NCBI GenBank assembly: GCA_001655205.1
Contig: LPNZ01009396.1
Coordinates: 1 to 45,008, forward strand
DNA: 45,008 nucleotides
Source: Lenisia limosa
Taxonomy: Eukaryota; Protista; Breviatea
Reading direction: 5' to 3'
Under the pieces are notes generated by a model. That model saw only the letters and a list, made by a program, of their open reading frames with translations, was not told where the DNA came from and ran no database searches. This document shows, one piece after another, positions 34,901-45,008 of the stretch (position 1 is the stretch's first letter; each line of letters opens with the position of its first letter). A program made the translations under genes and the position numbers.

Positions 34901-37613
34901 GAAGTCCAAACTCCCCGTTGTCGCCGCCGCTACGCCGGCAAAAGAACCGTGAGGGGTGCTGTGCTAAATGGGTATCGTGTCATCTTGTTCATTGTATTAA
35001 TTGTCATGGTTCTGTGATAAATCGTAGCGCCAACATTTATCATCAAAATGTGCCTGAGCAGTGTGATCTCAAGGACCACTTTGTTGTTTCAAAGTCCAAA
35101 CTTCTCATGTAATTTTTTATGCTTCTCAATTTCTTTGGGTGATCGAGCGGTGGTGGGAGGCTGGCTTGGGCTTGTTTTTTGTTTGTGTTTTTGAGTTTGT
35201 GTTTTTGTCATCTGGCTTTCGTCTAGTTTTAGCGTTGGTTGCTCGTGTTTGTTAGTGCTTATTTTTTGTTTTTTGTTTGTTTGGAGTTTCAGATTATTCG
35301 GTTCGTGATTAGCACTTTACGCCAATACATTCATCGTAATTTCCTTCGTTTAACTCCACCCCCCCCCAGAGTCACTGAAGAGAAACCTGCACCGCCAAAG
35401 AAACGAGTTGTCAAGAAGCCGGTCCAACACGAGCGGAAGTGGGGGGTCAACCCAGGTGGGGGGAGGGGGGTGATGGGTTGACAAAGGCATGTTAGTTACG
35501 GAATTAGGAGCGAAGAAGAAGCCAATCAAAGAGCCGTTACCTGCAGTTGCTCGGAGACCCGCGCCACCTAAGCCGGAACAGCCTGCTCAGAGTGGGTTGC
35601 TTATTGGGTTTATTGTCTGCTTTCTATTTAGACAAGTAGTTACAACTTACAAACGTAGATCCGCGCAAGGCTCAATGCAATGCGCGTAATCGCGCCAAGA
35701 AAGACAGTACCATGCAAAAGAACTACCAGGTGAGTACTTCTTTCAGTCTCACGCCTCAGTCTTTGGTATCAGCTGAAGCTGAAGGCGGCAATGCCGACGA
35801 TGATGGTACGTGGTCGGGCTGAATGGTCACTTCCAGTACTGTATGTCACAATCCTAGAAGAAGCATGGGGCGTGAGTGACTTAGACGATGATGATCATTT
35901 CCACTCAACTCAAGCTCTTCCGTCTTCAAACTACGTGGGTCCTTTATTGTTTCGTATTTATTAGTCGAGTTCAAAAGGATTATGATCCATGGTACTAGCA
36001 TTTAATTGCTGAACTTAGTATCACTACTTGTACTGGGTGGTTAGAGGCTATTTTGATTAATTGTCCAGACCCAGTTCAAGCCTGCGTCTAGCCATGGATC
36101 ACTAAGATCAAAACGTGGGGGGTAGGACAGGAGGTGTTCCTAAAACGTCTTTTTGATCTCGTTTTGAATGTTCACAGTTTAGGTATCTCTTTGACGAGTT
36201 TCTTTACCTATCTAGAATCCACAAGCTCCAGACGCAGTAGTAACGCTCCTTCCAAAGCCCATCTCAAGAAGCCATAGTAAGCCCCCCTCCCTCAAGTCGT
36301 AACTTTGTAGCCCTGGTGCCTTCTCCTTGATACCTGATGACGGGAAGCCGCCGGCCGCCCAGCTGGATGAGTATTTCGTGGGCGCTGCTATTTTGATTTC
36401 GGCTCAAAAAGGGGGACTTTTCTCTGGTTCTCTTGCGATACTTATCAGTCTTTTTCTAAATCTAAATCCGTAAACTGGTTTGACTCCCCCTCCACAGGAA
36501 AGTACGCCGCCGGGCCAACAGACAAGCGAACCTTCGTATATGAAACCCACAGCCGCGGCACGTAGGAGATCTCTTGATCATGGTATGCTGTACTCCCCAG
36601 GTGTATGGTGCACCTTAGTGAGTTTTGCTGATCTGGTTAGATTCACCAGAAGCGATTGTTCAAATGAAGCCCCAGGAGGAGAATAAAAAGAACTCAAAGC
36701 AGAGGGTGAGCAATTGATATCGAAATGTGACTCAAATCAACGTTTTCCTTTGCTACCTTACCCTTTAGCCTGTACCCGAGCTTTTCTTACCGCTGTCCAC
36801 GACGCCGATGTCGGAGCACAAAGAGCCGGAGTATAAGTATGAGCCTCAGGGAAACGCCTTATCCCCTGAAGACCTAGAGGTATGTCGGGGGCTTAGTATT
36901 TCCACGTGTCATCTGGGTTAAAGAGTGGGATTCTTACATGTAGTACGTAAATAATGATACCATTATCAGCTTTGGAACTTTGTCACCGTCTTACAGATAC
37001 TGGAGAATGAGGATGCCGAAATCAAGAGACTTGAGGAGCAGTATCGTCTCAGTACCGTGAGTCAAGATTGATAGCCCCCATCATCTGACGAGTTTAGGAG
37101 GTTGAGAAGAAGCCAGCCTATAACGAGCCAGAGTATACCGGGCCTCCTCCGGAACAGGTTTGTGAGTTTGTATTAATTCTGAAGTATTATGATGATTAAT
37201 GTAATTAGTTTCATTTGTCTGTTAATTGGGACAAACATCCTATTTTTATTATTATTATTGAAGCTTTATGCTTTACACTCATCTGAATCAAAAACCTGGG
37301 TGGGGTATTTTTCAATCAGGGTCTTGTCGTTCAGTCTCAAAAAAAGTCTCTCAGTGTAACCGTCGTGCAACACAATTGTGATTATCAGGACAGTTTCTGA
37401 CAGAATGGGAAAGAAAGGGGGACAATAAATACTGAAGGACCCTTTTTTTGAGACTGAAGGACCATTCGCTTATCATTTTTCAATTTTTTTGAGGGTTCTT
37501 CTGATCCAGTCTTTTTGACTCTTTAGATGAGTCGAGGTCGATCATGGAGGCAGCAGACAGGAGGCAGACGGGCAAGGTCCAGGAGCAGGCCGAGGCAATA
37601 CGACCTCGAGTAG
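31966..37613 (+). CDS. Ankyrin-repeat protein (about 10 or more repeats) with a long Pro/Lys/Glu-rich disordered and coiled-coil C-terminus
   Basis: Repeats include NGETPIHIACMAGQAKCLRFLL, NTVLHLAALADSKECVQVLL, GMTALHIACRVGSYDVASCLLAEGADP, TVLHLAAREGHAKICSLLLENGVDPN, GQSALHHSCQLGHTAVTDVLLHAGANPN and HLAAYHGKVEVCKVLLDADANLD. Several exons fall in N-gaps and the C-terminal exon chain is approximate. Confidence 0.85.
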
Positions 37614-37962
37614 TGTGTAGTATGTTTGCTTGTATTAATTATGAAGTATTATTAGGATCATTTCTGAGCGTTATACTGTGGTCCCATTTTGATTGTTTCG
37701 CAAGTGTGTCATATATCATCTGCCTTGGATATCGATATGTATATTATATTATAGCTGGTATTTTTGCATATATTATTCTGTTTTTGAAATATTAGTCATT
37801 AGCTGTTACTTAAGCTGCAAATAAGTATCATATTACTACAATATTACTATTCAATTAGATTATTACCGTATAGCACAAGAACATCTCAGGACAGCATAAC
37901 TTTCACTGATCATTGTGATCTCTCTGAAAACAAATGATGTTTTGAGGGAGAGAGGAGAGAAA

Positions 37963-40900
37963 ATGACTACTGACAGGAAGACAAAACTGTGAGATAGACT
38001 GGAAAAGCACTACTATAAGCACAGAGAGAGGGAAGAATAATGATGAGTCAAGTAATTGAAATGGTTTTATGAGTGTTCCAATCTTCTTCTAAGAGCCGAC
38101 TTCCGCTTAACAAAAGTAACAATTGCTTTTGTAGCTTTGTCCTTCAACGATGTGGCTTATCGTAGGTTTCGCAGCATTTCAGCCTCTGCTACCTCTCTGC
38201 ACCAACCTTTCTCCTTTCAATAATCGGGATATATGAGTGTTTTTTACATTTTAAAGTCATGATAAGAGTAATCATCACAGCTTCATTTTTATCCATCAGA
38301 AACTGTCTCCAAAGAATGGTCTTTCGAAGGCTTCCATCCGCCTGTCGACTGGACATCTGACGCCAATAGCGTGAGATGAGGATTGGAGCTGGATGTGATG
38401 TGATACACTGTCCTATAACAGTTGATCGCCTTGGCAAGAACGGAAGAGTTACTTCTCAGACGGTTCCGGCTAGCGGCCACGAAGGTCATCCAAAACAACC
38501 GGCTTGCAAAGGCGGTCACACTTGGCCAGGTGTGTTGTCTCTCTTGGCACATTTAAAACAGGTGGACATATCATATGATATGGCAAAACAAGAAGAAATA
38601 TACTCACTCACCAGACTGGTGCTCGATTTAGTCCAATCAGAATCGAAAAAGCCGAAAACAAAGGTCTGTCCTCTTGGGTAATTTGTGTGTCATGTTACAT
38701 GAATCAAAAGATTACCAGCGGCAAAACCATTATTTTTTTAGAGCTTTCTCATAAGGCAAAGGAACTCGGCCTGACGATACCTCCAGCACATTTTGAAATC
38801 GGCGTCAGTTTGGGGTAGCTTTTGTTTGATCTGTTGCGTATTCTCTTACTTCGTGTAGAAAGAAGGACTGTTTTGGTTCATTCTCCGCCACCTCAGGGTT
38901 TGTTCGTGTTTTATTCTTCCCATCTCATAATTACAGCTTGACAACTTCAAAAACATCCAAGATGACCCAAAAAGCGTCTACTCAGCTATTGTTTCAGTGA
39001 GACTCGTTTCATGGTTCGAACTTGACTGACTGTTTAGGTCATTCTCCCCTTCACCAACACCATGGGCACAGGACATTTGGACGGAGACTGTGTGGACTAC
39101 ATCAAGGACTCTCTGGGTGCTAAGATGGATTATTACCTTGCCAAGCCAGTGTATGCTATTGCCAGTTTTCTAGAGTCTTCCTCAAAACCTACTGATCCGT
39201 TATAGACGAAAAGCACACCACTCCATCTTCATCCGCGCAACAGAGATTCTCCTTCCGCTTTTACCAAATGGTTTGCCTAAACGGTTACTGACTCACGGTT
39301 TAGAAGCCAACAATGTGTTTTCCGGCATTGACCTTCGTTTTCTGATGGCTGCGTGTTTGGCAGAAGCGTCTGTCTTGGGTGCGTTTTTGCAACTCTGTGT
39401 TAAGTGTTAATGTTAACTTTTTAGTCTTCAAAGAGGGAAAAGAGAAAGCTGCTGACTATTCCTCGGTCGGTGGTGGGATTTTTTACGTTATGATACAGGC
39501 ATCCCTGTTTCCACGAGCGTAATATATGTGTTAGTAAAAACATGTCCACTATGAATTATGTTGCAAGCGACTTCTCTTTGTAGCAAACTGACATACATCT
39601 AGCATGCCGCCCGGGCCTCAGAAGTTATGCTACAAGAAGCCATCAATAGTGCAGGATGTGGGAGCTGTGGGAGCAAACAACATGGCATCATATCGGACAA
39701 AGGTATGTTGTGGTCATAATGGTCATGTCGATGACTCTTCAGAAACAGCGGAGCGGCGATTGCTACAGACCGAAGTGTCCCTCCGTCTGGCCTTTGGAAT
39801 GGTCGAGAACGGCGCAGCCTCTAAGTCTGAGATGCAGTACTGCAACCACACGCTGTTGAGGAACTTACTACTGAGGAAAGTATTTGTCAAGAAACACCCA
39901 ATCTACAAAGAGGAGGTTAGATCGTCTAAGCTGGTTTACCTCTTCAGGAGTTCAGGTCTGACCACGAGTTGGAAGATCTAAAAAACTTGGAGTTTCGCCT
40001 TTGGTGAGCCGGGATGTTGGGTCTCAGCCTCATGTATGGGTTTTTTGCAGACCTTTGAATCTTTTGGGCAAATGACTTGGTTATACTTTCCGTTATCACC
40101 ATTTCTCTTCTTTCTCCACAGTTTGTTATCTTTTGAAACACAACACGTTTTTGACAAAATAGGAGTGCAAGGGAGGAAAACTTTGTGACCTCGTCCATTG
40201 CGGCCTTCAGCCTACCAAATGAGCTGAAACTCCAGGTTAGCCATTGTGTAAGCATACTTGTTCCAGCATACTTGTTCAAGCATACGATATACAATTGCGA
40301 ATTGGGTGGCCCCTCTCACCCCCATACCAGGCCCACTTGATTGTGGACATTCTTGAGGCACGTGCTCTGCTGCCAAAGGGGGATAACAACTCAAGCCGGC
40401 CCTTTGCTTCTGTTGAGAGATGTACGTTTTGTTGTCTATTGACAGTTAAGCTGGAAGTAATGTCATTTGGAGAACACAAGTCGAAGAAAACACCCTCTAC
40501 CCGAAGTGGAACGTTAGGGGGTGGTAGCTGAAGGACGAATAGATTGGTGTAGTATATCGTATCATATGCTATTGATAGCGTTCTTCGAATTTCGAATTTG
40601 AACTCTAATTGGGTTTCAAACTGTCTGACATATAATATGTAGGAGGAAGTCATGCAGGAAATCACAGCAACCAAGCAAACAGTCAACATCAGTGTTTGGT
40701 CGGAAGACCCTGGAAGGGACAAGAGCCAGGTATGGCCAAATACCCTTTATTACCACATTTTATTAAACGTTCATTGTGTTTGGAATGATTTTTGAACACA
40801 TGCCTTTGGAGTTTATTTCTGACATCTTCTAGCCCTTAAGTGGAAAGGACTCCTTCCTGGGTCGCGTGGTCCTGAACTTTGAAGATTTGAGACGGCTTAC

Positions 40901-43900
40901 CGACCAAGATGAAGTATGTCCGTTGAGTTTATCAGAATCCCTTTTGGTTCTCATTAAGCTCTATTGTTGTATTCCCCTAACAGCAAAGGTGTGGCTGCCT
41001 CTTGAGAAGCGCAGTAACCGCTCTCGTGTCGCTGGGGACATTTTGATCAAGGTCAATCTCATATACGACGACGTTGGTTACCCTCTGATCAAAACGTTAC
41101 TGACTTTTTAGTTGGAAAAGGCCGAGCCGCCCCAACCATGCAACTCGCTTAGTATACTGACGTATTCTGTGGCGTCTTCTTGGGACCTGATGGAGCCTAA
41201 TTCTCGTAAGTTTGGTTTCTAAACCATGCTTCACGTTAGTGGGTCCATTCACATCTAACGCGCAGGTAACATGGATGACCTGTTTTGGATGATGTGCCAA
41301 GTCGGATCCCTCTTCGGAATTGGACCGGACTTTATCTATGTGGGCTACGATCTAAGATCTTCTTGCACCTCTGTGGTCAACACTCACAACCCTCCTTTTA
41401 TGTTTGGAAATTTTTTCACCCCCCCCCCAGTCCACACTGCTCACGACCCTTGCGCTGCGAATGATTGAGAAGGCGGTCGCACCGGGTAACGTGGCTACTG
41501 CAGTGCGCTCTTGGCTCTTTGCCCGGACCTACCTACCCTGTTGTGCTGTAGCTGTTGAAAACGGCAATATGGCGTTACAGGCCGTGAGAGCGCTTTGCGA
41601 TCAGCAGATCAGCAGCTTCATCGTAGGTGCCTCCTTTACTGGCCATTTCTCATCTTCAGGATGCGCCTGAGTACTATGACAGCCACGTTGCAGGTTTGTC
41701 ACCATCTTGATAACAAACTTGGCGTCTCCAACTGACCTCAATAGGACTTCTTGATCTCTGGAATTTACTCAATTCCCTTGAGCCAATGAGCCTCGGTAAC
41801 TGTGTCAAGAAGAATGCTCCCAAGCCACCTGGTGAGACTCGTACATCCACTCCATATCTTTCATCACCAAATATCTTCAGATTTGACGATGTAGAACCGT
41901 CTCGAACGCCGAGCCCCCAACCTGCCAATGAAGGCCAAAACAATGAGTTAGCTGGTTTTCTTATGTTACAAGCCTCTTTTGATGCTTCGTTCCTCAATAC
42001 TCGATAAAGAAGATGCCACCATTAGACAGTTCATTGAAAGATGGCACCATCAGATGCTTTGCCTCACTTAACCCAATTGATGCTCACCCCCAGGAACGAG
42101 TATTCCAATGAGGCTGAAGAGGATGTTGTGTTTCCGCACACTCAAGGCATGACGTCATTCAAAGTACGTGTCTTTAAAGCAGGGTGCCAACCCAAAAAAT
42201 GGCTCGGATAAACCACAAATAGAGCCAAAAGCGAGCGTAACCTGCATAATTTTTACTTACTGTAATAAAAGCAGTTGTTTTGGAAGCAAGAGAGCAAATG
42301 TTGTGATTATCATACTGACCAAAATCTTCCTTAAATTCTAGTAAGCAATAGTAAAAAATGACGTAACCGAAATTTTTTATTCGGATATCCGTGACAATTT
42401 TCTGGATTGGCACCATGCTTCAATTGCCTTCATTTCATAACTTCTCCCATTGACCTCACAGGATGCACTGCCGCGCGAGAGGTCCTCTCATTACGAACCC
42501 GGCAAGAAAAGTAGGTTCCAATGGTCAAGGTAACGGTTCAGACTCCCGAGGGCTTGGCGGCCTGTCATGCCTCAATCCGCTGACCAAGGGTAAAATGCAC
42601 TCCAATGGTAGGGTAGGAATATATGAAGCAGTACCTGTACATATTTAGACGACCAAAGATATACACTTCTCACCGAACTGTCTTCCTTCCCCTCGATACC
42701 TCTGACCCCTCAGCGTCAGCCCTCTCCATTCGACTGAGTCGCGTGTTCATGCAGCGATACACCAAGTACAAAGGCCATGCCAAATGCGGCGAAGAACTGG
42801 CGTGTCTGTGCGAAGCCCTTCTTAACGAGGTACTCCACTAAACACCGTTCAACTCAATATTGGATGTTAGCTCTTATCTCACCGTTGCAGCTTAATGAAG
42901 TGGATACACGATTCTCGTCAATTTTCTCTGAGTGGGTGGATAAAACAAGTCTACCATACCCGCTTCCCTAACGCATCTAGTGTGGACATAGACATTACCG
43001 CCATCATGGTTGAGACGTTCCACGACCTTATAGACGATGACGTCACCTTCTTCCTTGACTCTTTCGACAGGTCTGGGGGTCTCAATATGGTCACTTCAAG
43101 GAGGCAAGTTCCTCAGGATTGTGAGGGTATCTCTTCTGCAAAAACCCATATTATTAGTTTTCTTGTGGCGGGGGAGGCGGGAAGCAGAAACTCTTCCGTG
43201 TCTTGACATTTTGTTGATATAATCAGATCGGATATGGCGGGAGGGCTCCAGCTCTTCACTAAACTGCAGCCTTTGCTGAGCCGCTGCTACAGTCTTGTGG
43301 ATGATGTGGGATAAGGTGCTCTTCAATTGATTGTGACTTCAAATTGTCTCTTTTGTATTAATTTTAGTATTTTTGGCAATCCTCACCCCCCCCCCCCCCN
43401 NNNNNNNNNNNNNNNNNNNNNNNNNNNNNNNNNNNNNNNNNNNNNNNNNNNNNNNNNNNNNNNNNNNNNNNNNNNNNNNNNNNNNNNNNNNNNNNNNNNN
43501 NNNNNNNNNNNNNNNNNNNNNNNNNNNNNNNNNNNNCAAAGATTGGACTGAGCGTGCTTTCAAACTGGATGGTTTTGTGGTAGGCCCCATTTCGTGCCCC
43601 AAGATAATCCAAATGATAATGCACTCATCAACTCAAACCATTTCCCTTACATTTCAGCCTATCTCCTCGGAATTCCGCCACTCTCACTCTGTTGTCGACA
43701 TTTTCATTGCTCTCAGCCAAAGTGCGAAGGGTTATTTTGTACCCCGTCATTTGTGCCTTTATGCTATTTTTTTGGTCTCAGCTTGGGTTTCAAAGAGGCT
43801 TGAGTCAAAAATAAACAAAGTTGATATGGTATTAGTGCAGTCCATGGTAGAGCTTGATCCAAGAATGCCCTTTTATTTATTGGTGCAATATTTGTTTTGA

Positions 43901-45008
43901 AGAACCTCATATCACTGGGAATGCAAAAAGGGTCTCAAAGAGCCATTACGGTTCTAACCTTAGACATGATCTTTCTGAGTTCGTAGTATTGTCTAGTATT
44001 GACAGCCTCCACAGACATTAGCGTGTTCAAGACCTTGGACTATCCCTGCCCGCTGGAAAGCTGGAACTTCTTGAGACAGGTTTGCTCCCTCTCTCCCCTC
44101 CCCTTCAAACATTTGTTCATACTATACTATATCTAAACGTTTCGCCAAGAGAGTTGACCTTTTTGGGAGGGGAACGTTTTCATAAAATTCCATCCATGTT
44201 CGTTCTCACCCGACAGATAGCAATGATAGCGAGCCAAAACATGGTAGAGTACGCTGATATGATTGAGGCTGGTGTGTTGGGGCCTTCTTTTGCCTCACTG
44301 GAGCCCTTGTTTTGTTTGCTCTGAGGGGATTAATATTGTGTGCCTTTAACACTTAACTTCAAAAGAATAACAACACAGATTTGTTGCGTCTGGCAGCAAC
44401 TCTGACACACGAGGAGAAAATCAATTTCAAAGTACGCGGCTCTTATTTCCCAATCAAAAGGGGATCTAATCGGCTCAAAAAGGACTAGTCTTTTTTGAAC
44501 CATAGAGAAGCTGAATTGGAAGTTACGTTGTATATTATGAGCATATTTTATGTGTACCTCTTAAGGCAACATTGCGGATTAACGTGACGATATAGAAGAG
44601 GCTGCCTCGGTCCAATAGCTCATCATCCATCGCCTCCACAATGTCCACAATGTCCACTGCCTCCACGTCCTTAAGCCTCACTGTTGATGACCCTCTCCCG
44701 GCAAGCTCCGACCGACAACAGGTGAGTCTCTGCTGAGTCTTAAACCCCAATAGAAATTTATTTCATGTCATACCCAACTGAAGTATCAACACCCCTTATA
44801 TCATAATCAACACCCCTTATATCATAATCCTGCATAAATGGGGTTATCCAACAGTCATGAATCCATCAGGATAATTTGTGATATCAGTATTTTCCAAATC
44901 TCCCCATGACCTCTGTAGTACCTGGTGCGACTCAACTGCTTGATTGTCGCGCAGAACCAGCTGGAGGTGCTCATGGACGAGATGGAATCCTATCTTGAGT
45001 CTCGCCTT
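37963..45008 (+). CDS. Munc13/Unc13-like C2 + MUN (MHD1) domain protein; continues beyond the window
   Basis: C2 domain at about 40330-41075: AHLIVDILEARALLPKGDNNSSRPF...VNISVWSEDPGRDKSQ|PLSGKDSFLGRVVL...KVWLPLEKRSNRSRVAGDILIKVNL, resembling Munc13 C2B. MHD1-like segments DIDITAIMVETFHDLIDDDV and DWTERAFKLDG...FQPISSEFRHSHSVVDIFIAL. The start codon is tentative. Confidence 0.8.
44786..44829. repeat. 21-bp intronic tandem duplication
   Basis: atcaacaccccttatatcata occurs twice, followed by atc. Confidence 0.85.

Noticed and set aside
37188-37290. Intronic ATGATGA ... CTGA as a possible C/D snoRNA
   Set aside because: No convincing terminal stem, an AT-rich interior and no recognisable rRNA-complementary guide; such boxes arise by chance in AT-rich introns.
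38566-38582. ATATCATATGATAT palindrome as another intronic AT tract
   Set aside because: Here it is coding (VDISYDMAK) in the Munc13-like gene, so it was not counted.
4669-43536. Numerous N-runs as biological spacers
   Set aside because: They are assembly gaps, often next to homopolymer C/G or T runs, and carry no sequence information.
1-45008. Possible reassigned stop codons, suggested by the very fragmented ORF track
   Set aside because: Where I rebuilt conserved regions (all of DECR2, the lysozyme domain, the Beclin C-terminal half), in-frame stops fall in GT-AG introns and the genes end in ordinary TAA/TAG/TGA.

Overview
This is eukaryotic nuclear DNA from a gene-dense, intron-rich microbial eukaryote, probably a bacterivorous protist; I cannot name the taxon. 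It uses the standard genetic code and has many very short GT-AG introns (30-50 nt), so the six-frame ORF track shows only exon fragments. All gene models below were spliced by hand, and many N-gaps interrupt exons. I count 11 protein-coding genes. In order: (-) a >6.9 kb surface protein with an HExxH zincin-like motif, a disintegrin domain and about 11 six-Cys sushi/CCP-like repeats, running off the left edge; (-) a bacterial-type ethanolamine-permease-like APC transporter; (+) peroxisomal 2,4-dienoyl-CoA reductase ending in AKL; (-) TFIIF large subunit; (+) a LamG-like jellyroll protein; (-) an Mrs2/CorA Mg2+ channel; (-) Beclin-1/Atg6; (+) a T4-type GH24 lysozyme that splices onto a GPI-signal-like tail; (-) an MFS transporter; (+) an ankyrin-repeat protein; (+) a Munc13-like C2-MUN protein running off the right edge. 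Non-coding features include a 78-bp Tc1/mariner-type MITE with a degraded second copy, a 244-bp CACTA-like element, duplicated splice sites and self-complementary ATATC/ATATG intron tracts. The best leads are the ADAM-like protease-disintegrin-CCP architecture and the membrane-anchored phage-type lysozyme with a possible soluble/anchored splice switch. No tRNA, rRNA or CRISPR array is supported.
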